Of a stretch of 64,000 bases of DNA, positions 10,855-21,373 are shown piece by piece. A program made the position numbers and the translations under genes. Positions within the stretch are counted from its first letter, which is position 1, and every line of letters starts with the position of its first letter. The notes under the pieces are model-generated. The model saw only the letters and a program-made list of their open reading frames with translations, was not told where the DNA came from and ran no database searches. This stretch comes from an uncultured Lentisphaerales bacterium (GTDB lineage: Bacteria > Verrucomicrobiota > Lentisphaeria > JABSQK01 > UBA12247): NCBI GenBank assembly GCA_943788985.1, contig CALSSJ010000022.1:156059-220058 (forward strand), given 5' to 3'.

Positions 10855-11927
10855 TAGGCGTCTAACGGCTCCACACGGGTGGCCGCCTGCAGTTTTCCGC
10901 GCACGGCATCTGGCCCAGGCTGAATTCTTAGCAGGGCACCGGTCTCCGCGCGCAGAAAAAACTCATTGGCTGACGATTTCTTACGGCGGCTTACTACCAC
11001 TTCCGGGGCTACGCGGCCATTGCAGAGGTAGCGAACCCCCGAGCGGTGGACCTTTCGCACGTCGGAGAGCACCCGCCAGCTGGCGGCGGTCTCTGGGGCG
11101 GCGGGACCAGTTACCAGGCCGCTGAAATGATGCCGATGGTTCAAGCGTCCAGCCTGATTCGACATGCGTTGCACAAATGGAACGATCGCGCGGTTCACCG
11201 TGAAATTACACCAATTATCCGCGGCCAACGGGCAGACCGCGTGCGCAGGGCAGGGGAACTGGATCCCGTGGCCCGTGGCCACTAAGGCGTCACGCGCGCC
11301 AAGCATGCGCAGAAAGCCGGGGCGGTTGCCTGGCTCGATCAATAGCGCGTGAGTCGGCCCGAAGTCGCGCAGCGCATCGGTTGCGGAGTCCGCACATTCC
11401 ATCAGCACGTTGCCCCCGAGGACGAGGTCGTATTGGCCGCCTGCCTGCTGCCAGTCAGCGCAACGAAACGAAACATCGATGGACTCGAATGGGGCGTAGT
11501 TGCGCAGCGATTCTGCCAGACGTTCAGCCAGCGCTACCGCTTCAGCCGTTCGCTCTATTCCGATAACGGGCGGCATGTTTTGCAGCCGCTCGGGCGCGTA
11601 CTTGGCCAGATAAAACAGCCAGGCCCAGACCAGCGTTCCCGGGCCGCTCCCGAGGTCCACCAGCGTGCCAGCTGGTGGAATGCCGGCTCGCGACAGTAAA
11701 AACCACAGCTTGGGCATGTTGATCGTCATGTAGTACAGCGAATAAGCGCGGAGCGTTGCGAGCTCGGCAAAGTAGTCCGCAGGCAGCGTTCCGCCGTCGC
11801 GCCAGGCCCGGTTCATGGCAAATAGCGGCTCTAGCACGTCCGCTTTGGTCTCTTCGCCCGCGGTAAGCTCGAGGGCAGTGAACAGCCAGTCTTGGTAAAA
11901 TTTTGGGTAGCAGTCTAGGATAGGCAA
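10854..11927 (-). CDS. Rsm22/METTL17-family SAM-dependent methyltransferase (start approximate)
   Basis: AY..YY, VDLGSGPGT, IEPG...GF, PCPAHAVCPL..NWCNF motifs. Confidence 0.72.
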   Translation of the reverse strand: MPILDCYPKFYQDWLFTALELTAGEETKADVLEPLFAMNRAWRDGGTLPADYFAELATLRAYSLYYMTINMPKLWFLLSRAGIPPAGTLVDLGSGPGTLVWAWLFYLAKYAPERLQNMPPVIGIERTAEAVALAERLAESLRNYAPFESIDVSFRCADWQQAGGQYDLVLGGNVLMECADSATDALRDFGPTHALLIEPGNRPGFLRMLGARDALVATGHGIQFPCPAHAVCPLAADNWCNFTVNRAIVPFVQRMSNQAGRLNHRHHFSGLVTGPAAPETAASWRVLSDVRKVHRSGVRYLCNGRVAPEVVVSRRKKSSANEFFLRAETGALLRIQPGPDAVRGKLQAATRVEPLDA

Positions 11928-11931
11928 GAGA

Positions 11932-12408
11932 TCACGCTTGGGAGTCGCTTCTAGTAATCGTATCCAGCAGGCCTGTGCAGGCGTCTTCGAGAAGATCAAT
12001 GACGCGCTCGAAACCTGCGGATCCGCCGTAATACGGGTCTGGGATGGCATCCACCTGATAGTTTCGGCAGTAGTCTGTCATCTTGACGATGCGGTCGTTG
12101 TATCCGTCCGCGCGCTCAAGGCCACGCAGGTCCTCGCAGTTGCTGTCGTCCATGGCCACCAAGTAGTCGAACTCTGCGAAGTCGGCAGGTCGCACCTGCC
12201 GGGACCGGCTGGTCAGGCAGTAGCCGCGGGCCTCGGCATGGCGGCGCATCCGCGCATCTGCCTGTTCTCCGACATGCCAGCCGCTGGTGCCGGCTGAGTC
12301 GCACGTAATCTCCTCGCTTAGCCCGCGTTGTGCGACGAGCGCGATCATGACCGCCTCCGCGGTTGGGGAGCGGCAGATGTTTCCCAGACAGACGAAGAGC
12401 AGGCGCAT
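11932..12408 (-). CDS. Low-molecular-weight protein-tyrosine phosphatase
   Basis: FVCLGNICRS P-loop, DSAGT, AMD, PDPYYG motifs. Confidence 0.95.
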   Translation of the reverse strand: MRLLFVCLGNICRSPTAEAVMIALVAQRGLSEEITCDSAGTSGWHVGEQADARMRRHAEARGYCLTSRSRQVRPADFAEFDYLVAMDDSNCEDLRGLERADGYNDRIVKMTDYCRNYQVDAIPDPYYGGSAGFERVIDLLEDACTGLLDTITRSDSQA

Positions 12409-12503
12409 AGTTTTCCTTCGGTAGGCGGTGATTGAAAGCGGCACGGGCATATCAACAGTAGCCGGAACCCGTGGGCACGCAATTTGACCAAGGAAAATAT
12501 CGG

Positions 12504-13559
12504 ATGGCAGCAAGGTTAAGGGCAGTAGTCGTCGGCTGCGGTGGGATTAGTAATGCTTGGATGAACTCACGTGCTGTAAAGGAGGGGGCCGAAGTCGTTG
12601 GCGTCGTGGATCTGTGCGAGGAGACCACCCGTAAGTTTGTGGAGAAGTGGAAGCTGCCGGCCTCTACCTTCAGCGGGACCGAGTTGGCAGCGGTGCTGAA
12701 AGCCGCCGAGCCGGACGTGGTGTTCGATCTGACCATTCCAGAGGCGCATTGCGAGGTGACCTGCACCGCATTGCAGCATGGCTGTCATGTCATCGGCGAG
12801 AAGCCCATGGCTGCAACCTTGGAAGAGGGGAGGCGCATGGTCGGCGAGGCCAAGGCCGCTGGCAAAATCTATGCCGTTACGCAGACGCGTCGTTACAACC
12901 CCAGAATCCGGCAGCTGCAGGCGTTTCTTGAATCCGGCGCAATTGGCCAGGTCCACACGGTGCACGCCGACTTCTTCATTGCTGCGCACTTCGGGGGCTT
13001 CCGAGAGAAAATGGACCACGTGCTGCTGTTGGACATGGCCATCCACAGCTTTGACCAAGCCCGGATGCTTACCCCCGGGCTCCCCGCCCGCGTGGTGGCA
13101 GAAAGTTGGAATCCGCCAGGCTCCTGGTACCGGGATGGCGCTTCGGCTTGGGCCGCATTTATGACGGCAACAGGCGCGCGCTTTCATTATCGCGGGTCAT
13201 GGACTGCCACTGGCGCGCAGACAACTTGGGAGTGCGGCTGGCGAATCTTGGGCGACCGCGGTGCGGTTAGCTGGAACGGCGGAGATGAGATGCATGCCGA
13301 GCGGGTGGTTGATCCGGACCAGCCATCTGCCGAACACGGCGGTGGGTTGATGCGAAACCTGGAGGAGATTGAGATCCCCAACCCGATCGCCGACGGCTAC
13401 CGCAGCGAGCATGATGGGGCGATCTATGATGCCCTCAGCGCGATTCGTAAAGGGCGAGCTCCCGAGACCGTCTGCCACGACAACTTCTACAGCTTGGCGA
13501 TGGTGCACGCCGCGATCGAGAGCTCCGAGAAGGGGTGCATCCCGGTAGAGATCGGCTAA
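12504..13559 (+). CDS. Gfo/Idh/MocA family oxidoreductase
   Basis: VVGCGGIS Rossmann motif, EKP, DMAIHSFD. Confidence 0.92.
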   Translation: MAARLRAVVVGCGGISNAWMNSRAVKEGAEVVGVVDLCEETTRKFVEKWKLPASTFSGTELAAVLKAAEPDVVFDLTIPEAHCEVTCTALQHGCHVIGEKPMAATLEEGRRMVGEAKAAGKIYAVTQTRRYNPRIRQLQAFLESGAIGQVHTVHADFFIAAHFGGFREKMDHVLLLDMAIHSFDQARMLTPGLPARVVAESWNPPGSWYRDGASAWAAFMTATGARFHYRGSWTATGAQTTWECGWRILGDRGAVSWNGGDEMHAERVVDPDQPSAEHGGGLMRNLEEIEIPNPIADGYRSEHDGAIYDALSAIRKGRAPETVCHDNFYSLAMVHAAIESSEKGCIPVEIG

Positions 13560-13619
13560 GTTCGCGTCCTTCGCGGACGTCTGGAAACCTAGAGCGTGGT
13601 TTCCTTGGGGTGGCGCGTT

Positions 13620-14457
13620 GCAGGCGAGGCTCTTTGCCGCTGCTCCTACCTTGATGGTACGCCGGCGGCCAAGCTTGAAATAGGAACTCTCGCGGCAGCC
13701 TCGTTCGGCCAAATAGCCTAGAGTCGAGATGAACTGGTCCCGGACACGTTTCGGATCTTGCGCATCAGAGCCGAGCACGAGCGGAATGCCACGCTCGATC
13801 GCTGCGCTCAGGAAGATCGGTCCCGGGCTTAGCTCCCGCGGATTCTTGTGCCGGCCTGAGGTGTTCACCTCTAGGGCCACGCCGGAGGCAACAATGCGGT
13901 CCAGCGCTTCGTAAATCTCTTTGTGAATCGGGTGGAATCGCCAGCTCCGTGGAAACAGATATTTCACCGAGTCTGGATGCGCCTGAGCATCAACAAGTCC
14001 GCTCTCTGCGGCTTCTGCCAAGTGCTGAAAGTACTACTTCTGAACGGGGATCGAGTCGCTAGTGTCTTACTGGCGTTGATATTCGTTATTTTGCGGGTGC
14101 ACCGCGCCCAGGCGGTAGTCCAGTCGCGTCCGGCCATGAAGATCTTTAAGATACGACGTGAGTTCCGGGAGGTAATCACTCTCGAGTCCGATGCGTACGT
14201 CGATCCTGCCAGCTCAGGCCTCTGCCGTACTGCGCACCAGCGATATGCAGACATCAAACTCCTTCTCGGACATGCGAGCCGCGGTAGAATAGCTGCTTGC
14301 TAACGGCGCGTGGCAGGTGAGAAATAATTCCCTTCAGACCAGTGGCATAGGCTCGCTTTGCGTATGTTTCGGGTTGACTGACTGCTTACTTGCACAGCGG
14401 CGTATGCATGTGACTGTCGTAGACCAATCGCTTGGGCGCAACGGGTGCGGAGCGCAA
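13620..14457 (-). pseudogene. Histidinol-phosphatase (HisJ, PHP family) pseudogene
   Basis: Manual translation gives DSHMHTPLCK*A, TCHAP, GLESDY, GAVH, AHPD, LEVNTSG, GSDA; in-frame stops at 14386, 14214, 14067 and 14034 plus one frameshift near 14320; ends approximate. Confidence 0.85.
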
Positions 14458-14477
14458 AACTACAGTCTTGGTTTTTT

Positions 14478-14774
14478 TCATTCGTAATCCCATCCTAGCG
14501 TCACCTCCTTCCTAGTCTGGCGCAGCCGGTCCATGGTGTCGATCATCAGCGTCCAGTCGCTCAGTGCCCTGCGGATTACCCGTGGGCTCTGGCTGGTCGC
14601 CCGCGCGACGCGCTGCCGGGTACGGTCCTCGCGGCCCTGCATTTCATCCAGCCAAGACGAGACGCGCACATGAGCCAGGGCGTGAAGCCCGGCCGTGAGG
14701 GAGGAGGAGGACGCAAAGACCGTCGCGGAAAAGGTGATCATCACAAGAAGAAAGGAAAGGGGGACATACTTCAT
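14478..14774 (-). CDS. Small hypothetical protein with N-terminal signal/TM segment
   Basis: 98-aa ORF with hydrophobic N-terminus filling the gap between the hisJ remnant and mreB. Confidence 0.45.
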   Translation of the reverse strand: MKYVPLSFLLVMITFSATVFASSSSLTAGLHALAHVRVSSWLDEMQGREDRTRQRVARATSQSPRVIRRALSDWTLMIDTMDRLRQTRKEVTLGWDYE

Positions 14775-14994
14775 CGTCAACCGAAATGTCAGAGCTGATT
14801 TTTCCTAGCTCATGCATTCTACCATCGCGCGACTGCACCGCTACGGCCTAGCAGCGCGTACAGGACGTATGATCCGTGCGGTCGTGGGCAAAAGAAATCA
14901 CCAGACTGCAACTCTGGTTCTTTCTTTTAGGAAAGAGTGTGGTAGATTTCTGGCTCTGCTGCAACCAACTGCCGATCCTGGCCATTTTCCCGTT

Positions 14995-16011
14995 ATGTTT
15001 GACAGATTCAAGTCCTTTTTCTCGAGCGATATCGGCATCGATCTAGGTACCGCCAATAGCCTCGTTTACGTGCGCGGCGAGGGGGTCGTACTTAACGAGC
15101 CATCCGTGGTTGCGATCGATACTGAGACCGGTAAGGTGCTGGCGGTCGGTAGCGATGCTAAGAAAATGCTGGGAAGAACGCCCGGGAACATTCGCGCAAT
15201 TCGGCCGATGAAGGACGGCGTGATTGCAGATTTCGAGATCACCGAACACATGATCCGGCATTTCATCCGCAAAGTCAACAAGCGTACCAACCTGCTTAAA
15301 CCCCGCGTGCTCATTGCGGTTCCCTACGGAATCACAGAGGTTGAAGAGCGCGCCGTGAAGGACAGCGCCGTCCGCGCTGGCGCTCGCGATGTCCAATTGA
15401 TCGAAGAACCGATGGCTGCGGCTATTGGCGTCGGCATAGAAGTGCAGGAGCCTGAGGGCAACATGATCGTGGATATCGGGGGCGGTACCACCGAAGTCGC
15501 CGTGATTTCTCTGCGCGGTATCGTCGATGCGCTCAGCGTCCGTATCGGCGGTGACTCCATCGATGACGCGATCATGAAATACGTGATGCGTGAGCACAGT
15601 CTCGCTATCGGTGAGCGGACCGCAGAACGCGTCAAGATTGATATCGGCAGCTGCTGCGAGTTTGAAGATGGCGAGCGCACCTTGGAGATCCGCGGGCGAC
15701 GCCTGACCAACGGCCTGCCAAGCTCTGTTGTCATCAGCTCCGAAGAGCTCACTCCCGTCATTCGCCATGTTGCGCAAGGCATGGTCGAGGCAGTACGCGG
15801 CACGTTGGAAAAATGTCCGCCGGAATTGGCTGCTGACTTGGTCGAGCGTGGTGTCACGCTCGCTGGCGGCGGCGCCCTGCTTTCTGGGTTTGACCAGCTT
15901 ATCTACGAGCAGACGAATCTGAATGTGACCATTCCGGAGGAGCCTCTGAATGCCGTTGCCATGGGCACCGGAAAAGCCCTGGAAGGGCTCGACAAGTTTG
16001 GCGGTCGTTAG
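14995..16011 (+). CDS. mreB: Rod shape-determining protein MreB
   Basis: IGIDLGTAN, EPSVVA, RPMKDGVIADF, EEPMAAAIG, DIGGGTTEVA, LAGGGALL. Confidence 0.97.
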   Translation: MFDRFKSFFSSDIGIDLGTANSLVYVRGEGVVLNEPSVVAIDTETGKVLAVGSDAKKMLGRTPGNIRAIRPMKDGVIADFEITEHMIRHFIRKVNKRTNLLKPRVLIAVPYGITEVEERAVKDSAVRAGARDVQLIEEPMAAAIGVGIEVQEPEGNMIVDIGGGTTEVAVISLRGIVDALSVRIGGDSIDDAIMKYVMREHSLAIGERTAERVKIDIGSCCEFEDGERTLEIRGRRLTNGLPSSVVISSEELTPVIRHVAQGMVEAVRGTLEKCPPELAADLVERGVTLAGGGALLSGFDQLIYEQTNLNVTIPEEPLNAVAMGTGKALEGLDKFGGR

Positions 16012-16076
16012 CCTCCCTCCCTCGGCTATCCGGCCGATGATCAGCCAGCAATCGCACCGTAAGCACGCTTCCGACG

Positions 16077-18593
16077 ATGCCTGACCCCAAGCTTACGCCC
16101 ATGATGCGCCAGTACCGCGATGTAAAGGCGGAACTAGCCGACGATATCCTCCTGCTCTTTCGCATGGGCGACTTCTACGAGATGTTCTTCGAAGACGCCA
16201 CCCGTGGCGCCGAGGTCATGGGCATCACCTTGACCAAGCGCAGCGGTGTCCCCATGGCGGGCATTCCCTATCATGCGCTCAACGGCTACCTCGAGCGCAT
16301 TCTGGCTGGCGGCGTCAAAGTTGCGATCGCCGAGCAGGTGGAGGATCCCAAGCAGGCAAAGGGCCTGGTCAAGCGCGAGATCACCCAGATTATCACGCCA
16401 GGCACTATCGTCGAAGGCAGCGTCCTCCCCGACAACCGCAGCAATTTTCTCGTCAGCATCTGCGAAGGCAAGCGCGGCCGCTTTGGCATTGCTGGTCTCG
16501 ACATCAGCACCGGAGAGTTTCGCCTCACCGATGCTGAGTCGCTCGACCAGCTTGAGACCGAGCTGTATCGCTTGCAGCCTGCCGAGTGCCTAGTCTCCGA
16601 GTCTCTCCACCAGCGTTGGGAGGCGGACGGCTATCCCAATGTCCCTACCCGAATCGTCTGGACTCCTGTCGATGCTTGGACCTACGACGATGACGTCGCC
16701 CGCGAGACCATGCACCGTCAGTTTCAGGTGGCCACGCTGGACGGCTTCGGCTGCCGCGAGTATCCACTGGGCGTGCGCGCAGCGGGCGCCGTGCTCTACT
16801 ATGCGCGCAACAATCTCCGGCGGGATGCGAACCATGTCACCCGCCTGACGCCATACGCTGCCAACGGCTACATGGTCATCGACCGTGTCTCGCAGCGAAA
16901 CCTGGAACTGGTCGAGCCGCTGTTTGCCGATTCGCGCGACGCGACGTTGTTATCCGTCCTCGATTGCTCCATTACGCCCATGGGCAGCCGGCGTATCCGG
17001 GAGTGGATCCTTAGGCCGCTGTTGGAGCGTGAGCCCATCGAAGATCGCCATGACGCCGTAACCTGGCTGCTGGCAGACCAGCTACTCCTCGTGGAACTGC
17101 GCGAGTTACTCGCTTCGATTCGCGACCTCGAGCGCACCATCACCCGCATCAACGTAGGCTCGGCAAATGCCCGAGACATGCTGATTCTGCAGCGTGGCCT
17201 GGTCGCGATTCCTGGGCTGCGAGACGTGCTGCGCGCTCAGGACGGTGCCTCGCCGGCTGTTCTTGCGAACATCGCAGACCGCCTGCACGACGCGCCCGAG
17301 ATCTGCGAGCTGATCGCCACCGCCATCGGCGATGAACCACCACTCACCGTCAAAGATGGCGGGATCATTCGTACCGGCTATCACGAGCATCTGGATCAGC
17401 TTCGCTCCGCCGCAACCGAAGGGAAGACCTGGCTCGCCCAACTGCAATTGCGCGAGCAGGAGCGGACCGGAATCAAGAACCTCAAGATTCGCTACAACAA
17501 AGTTTTCGGCTACTTCATCGAGGTTAGCAAAGCAAACCTCAGCTTGGTTCCCGAAGACTACCATCGCAAGCAGACCCTCGTGAACGCGGAGCGCTTCATC
17601 ACTCCCGGGCTCAAGGAGATCGAGGATAAAGTCCTAGGCGCAGAAGACAAATCCAAGGCCCTCGAGTACGAGTTGTTTCAGAACGTCCGCGCGCAGGTGG
17701 TTGAAGAGACCGCCGCAATCCAGGAGACCGCTTCAGCGGTCGCCGATCTCGACGCGCTCGCAGCGTTTGCGGAGATCGCACAGCGAAACGACTACGTCCG
17801 CCCCAGTGTTGGCAATGACCTCGAGCTGTCTATCGAGGACGGGCGCCACCCGGTGATCGACCATCTCCTGGCCGAAGATCGCTTCGTCCCCAATGATACG
17901 CATCTCAACGGTCAAGACCGTCAGCTGATGATCCTGACTGGGCCGAACATGTCTGGTAAATCTACCTACATCCGGCAGGTCGCGCTGCTCACGTTGATGG
18001 CGCAGATCGGGAGCTTCGTGCCAGCCCGAGCCGCCAGGATCGGACTGGCAGACCGCATCTTTACCCGCGTCGGCGCCTCTGATGACCTCGCGCGAGGCCA
18101 GAGTACCTTCATGGTCGAGATGCTAGAAACCGCGAATATTCTGAATAACGCCAGCAGCCGCAGCCTCGTCGTCCTAGACGAAATCGGCCGCGGCACCAGC
18201 ACCTATGATGGTCTCAGCATTGCCTGGGCCGTGGCAGAACATCTCAGCTTGGTCCCCGAGAAGCGCGCCCGCACGCTTTTTGCCACGCATTACCATGAGC
18301 TCACGCAGTTGTCCAACACCATCACGGGAGTCATCAACTGCAACGTGGCCGTGCGCGAATCAGGCGATAGCGTCGTCTTCACGCACAAGATCAAGCCCGG
18401 AGCTGCCGACCGCAGCTATGGCATTCACGTCGCCCAGCTCGCTGGCCTGCCCAATCCCGTGATTGCGCGCGCCAAGGAAGTACTCACCAATCTCGAAGGC
18501 GACGACAGCGGGAGCACCAACCGCCAGCCGCGGCTGGCTCGCCGCCGCCCCTCCGAGGTCGTGCGGGAACATCCGACACTCTTCGAGCTGTGA
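16077..18593 (+). CDS. mutS: DNA mismatch repair protein MutS
   Basis: TPMMRQY, FRMGDFYEMF, TGPNMSGKST, STFMVEM, DEIGRGT, ATHYHEL, SYGIHVA. Confidence 0.98.
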   Translation: MPDPKLTPMMRQYRDVKAELADDILLLFRMGDFYEMFFEDATRGAEVMGITLTKRSGVPMAGIPYHALNGYLERILAGGVKVAIAEQVEDPKQAKGLVKREITQIITPGTIVEGSVLPDNRSNFLVSICEGKRGRFGIAGLDISTGEFRLTDAESLDQLETELYRLQPAECLVSESLHQRWEADGYPNVPTRIVWTPVDAWTYDDDVARETMHRQFQVATLDGFGCREYPLGVRAAGAVLYYARNNLRRDANHVTRLTPYAANGYMVIDRVSQRNLELVEPLFADSRDATLLSVLDCSITPMGSRRIREWILRPLLEREPIEDRHDAVTWLLADQLLLVELRELLASIRDLERTITRINVGSANARDMLILQRGLVAIPGLRDVLRAQDGASPAVLANIADRLHDAPEICELIATAIGDEPPLTVKDGGIIRTGYHEHLDQLRSAATEGKTWLAQLQLREQERTGIKNLKIRYNKVFGYFIEVSKANLSLVPEDYHRKQTLVNAERFITPGLKEIEDKVLGAEDKSKALEYELFQNVRAQVVEETAAIQETASAVADLDALAAFAEIAQRNDYVRPSVGNDLELSIEDGRHPVIDHLLAEDRFVPNDTHLNGQDRQLMILTGPNMSGKSTYIRQVALLTLMAQIGSFVPARAARIGLADRIFTRVGASDDLARGQSTFMVEMLETANILNNASSRSLVVLDEIGRGTSTYDGLSIAWAVAEHLSLVPEKRARTLFATHYHELTQLSNTITGVINCNVAVRESGDSVVFTHKIKPGAADRSYGIHVAQLAGLPNPVIARAKEVLTNLEGDDSGSTNRQPRLARRRPSEVVREHPTLFEL

Positions 18594-19988
18594 AATTCTT
18601 CGCACAGCATGGATTTTGGCTAGCCTTGGGGCCCATTCTGGTTCTGCACCTTCTCTTTCCTGGGGGACATTCCCTTCCTCTGTGACGAGCCGCAGCTGAT
18701 CGACAATGCCTTACAGGCCAACGCCGCGGGCACGCTGGCCGAGCGCGGCCTACTCGGCACCGTCGGTGTACACTACGGGCCGCAAGCCACTTGGGGCTAC
18801 CAGGCGCTGCTCGCCATTACCGATAATCTCATCGCCATCAGCGTCATCAAGCAGCTGATCTCGCTGGCCCTGATTCTCAGCACCTTGCTGTTCATGGCCC
18901 AGCGCTTGGCGCTGCCCCGCTGGCCCATTCTCATCGTTTTGCTATCTCCGCAGATCCACACCTACCTGCGCCAGCTGTGGGATAACGTCTTTCTGATTCC
19001 CCTCAGCGTCGTGCTGCTCGCGCTTGCGCTCCAGTTTCTGCATCAGCCTCGTCGGCGTTGGATTGTCGCCATGACCGCGGTCGTAGTCCTGCTGGGGCAC
19101 ATCCATCTTATGACCGGGATCTTGATCCTGCCCATAGCCTGCGTCCTCTGCTGGCAGCGGCGTGATTGGCTGCTGAAAAACTGGCGGCCCACCGCTGCCA
19201 CGCAGGCCATCGGACTGGCGCTTTCCGCCCCGTATCTGGTCGGAGTCTGCCAGGCCTTCGGGCAAGCCTCGCAAGCGCATGCATCTCGGCTGGATGCACT
19301 TCTACATGCCACTTGCGGGGCCAGTTACTTCTCCTTCCTGTATACCACGCACAGCTTTCCGTCGCTTGGCAAGAGTCACTTTGTCCTTGCTCCTACGCTC
19401 ACCGCTAGTCTCAGCTGGCTGAGCGCGCTTGTTATTCCCATCTTCTTTATCGGCATTTTCCGGGCGTTGCGAAGTTCGCAACCAGACTTGCAGCGTTCGC
19501 TCGCTTGGATCTGCCTTGGCATAGTCGGGCTCACGCTCCTCTTTCATGGCGGCGGCGCTCACATCTTTCTGCCGCACTACCTGAACGGGCAGTGGTTTGG
19601 CTTCTTCTTCTTTATTTGGATCGGCGCCGCCTGGATTACCAAGTACCGTCTAGGCCAGATTGCCTCAGGCGCAGTGGTCGCCTCCCTGCTGCTGCTCCTG
19701 ACTGCGACCAAGCTGCATGTTCATGCTAACCAGGGCAACCAATCGCTTGCCTTCGGGACCACCCTGTCACATCAGCTCGAACTCGCCGACCAACTCGCAG
19801 ACTATCCCCGTAGCACCCAGCTATTTATTGCCCCGGGGCCCATGGGCACCTGTGCCGTAAGCATTCGGCTCCTGCGTGCCATGCAAGACCGGGAGCCTAC
19901 TCAGTCAGCGCCGGCTCTTTACCTCTATTATCAGAACACAATCAGCGGGACCATGGTCCTCGCAGAGAAACCGCCAGGAGGAAACTGA
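18590..19988 (+). CDS. Polytopic membrane protein, GT-C/ArnT-like glycosyltransferase; one +1 frameshift near 18664
   Basis: GTG 18590 overlaps the mutS TGA; MKFFAQHGFW..FPG/DIPFLCDEPQL joins the 18885 ORF if one G is removed from G5 at 18662-18666; DE motif after TM1 and many TMs. Confidence 0.6.
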
Positions 19989-21061
19989 TGTCGGAATCCA
20001 GCTCGATTGGAATCGCCGGAGCTGGCCTAATCGGCCGCATGACGGCCCTTGAATTGCTCCAACATGGCTACCAAGTCACCCTGTTTGACCGAGATGTGCC
20101 GGATGGTACGGGCTCGTGCGGCGCCGTCGGTGCTGGGATGCTTGCCCCTGCCTGTGAGCTCGAAACCGCGCCGCCTTCGATCAGTGACCTCGGCGCTCTC
20201 GCGCTGGACCGCTGGCCATCGATCCTCGAGCAACTTCCCGACCCCGTCTTCTTTCAACGCGAGGGCACCGTCGTGGTGGCCCATCCACACGATACCGCCG
20301 ATCTCAATCGCTTTGTCGGCCAGCTGCGCCCCCATGCCGACGATCGGTTGGTCTGGCACGACCGCGCCGCCCTGCGGGAACTCGAGCCGGGACTGTCCGA
20401 CTCGTTCACCGGCGGGTGGTATGTCCGTGACGAAGGCCAAGTGGACAATCAACAGCTCATGGCCGCGCTCTCCAACCACCTTCACGCCCACACCACCTGG
20501 CGAGCGGGTTGCGAAGTTCGCACTTGCGAAGATCGCACCATCAGCTGGGAAGCAGCTGGCGAGACTGGGCAGGAAACGTTCGACTGGGTCATCGATTGTC
20601 GGGGCCTGGGCGCCCGCGGCGACCTACCGCTGCGTGGGGTACGTGGCGAAGTGATTCGGCTCGAAGCGCCAGACGTCACCCTGAAGCGTCCCGTACGGAT
20701 GATGCATCCGCGCTATCCGCTCTACATTGTCCCGCGCACGGCCCCGCTCTTCTTAATTGGTGCCAGCTCCATCGAGAGCGACGACATGAGCCCCATTTCC
20801 GTCCGCTCGATGATGGAGTTGTTATCCGCAGCCTATGCCTTGCATCCGGCATTTGGCGAAGCCCGCGTGATCAGCACCGCAGTCCAATGCCGTCCAGCAT
20901 TCACGGACAACCACCCACGCGTCAGCATCGACGGCCACTGCATTCAAGCCAACGGCCTGTATCGCCATGGCTTCCTCCTGGCCCCCGCGGTCAGCGACCT
21001 GATCCACCGCCTGATTCGCGGTGCGGACACCACAGAATACCGGCCGCTGCTCAGATGCTAG
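19988..21061 (+). CDS. thiO: Glycine oxidase (DAO family)
   Basis: GAGLIG, GAGMLAP..E, LRGVRGE, HPRYPLYIVPR, NGLYRHGFLLAP. Confidence 0.85.
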   Translation: MSESSSIGIAGAGLIGRMTALELLQHGYQVTLFDRDVPDGTGSCGAVGAGMLAPACELETAPPSISDLGALALDRWPSILEQLPDPVFFQREGTVVVAHPHDTADLNRFVGQLRPHADDRLVWHDRAALRELEPGLSDSFTGGWYVRDEGQVDNQQLMAALSNHLHAHTTWRAGCEVRTCEDRTISWEAAGETGQETFDWVIDCRGLGARGDLPLRGVRGEVIRLEAPDVTLKRPVRMMHPRYPLYIVPRTAPLFLIGASSIESDDMSPISVRSMMELLSAAYALHPAFGEARVISTAVQCRPAFTDNHPRVSIDGHCIQANGLYRHGFLLAPAVSDLIHRLIRGADTTEYRPLLRC

Positions 21062-21197
21062 TGGTGCGTCTCATAAGTTATTTCCGGCTGAGTGGCAAAA
21101 TCAGGTCTGTTGATTGAGTCTGTTTTCGGTGTCAAATGGGCTTCAGCGAGGAGCAGGTGCCGATAGCTGCTGAGTTCCTCGTTTCTATCGAGAGCCC

Positions 21198-21373
21198 AGC
21201 CCGGAGGGCGAAACATGTCCTGCCGGTGGCGGGAGCCACCGGACCACATTCGCTCACGATCACCTTCACTTGCTCGCATGGAGTGGACCATGTGTCGGCC
21301 TCCAGCCTTGATGGCGGGGAAGTTGATACTGGTGGCTCACGCCACCGGCAAGGAGTCTGCCGGGCTCCGCCCT
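21198..21373. repeat. Inverted pair of REP-like palindromes
   Basis: tgccggtggcgggagccaccgg near 21221 and the inverted copy ctggtggctcacgccaccggca near 21329. Confidence 0.6.

Noticed and set aside
13197..13559. Long C-terminal extension of the PHP ORF overlapping the oxidoreductase gene
   Set aside because: Best explained as read-through from a pseudogene that lost its stop codon.
18662..18666. Phase-variable poly-G tract in the GT-C-like gene
   Set aside because: Only five G, too short for typical slipped-strand switching, and the same +1 pattern occurs in unrelated genes.
19900..21200. TPP riboswitch or thiamine operon around thiO
   Set aside because: thiO is translationally coupled to the upstream gene, leaving no leader, and no thiS or thiG is adjacent.
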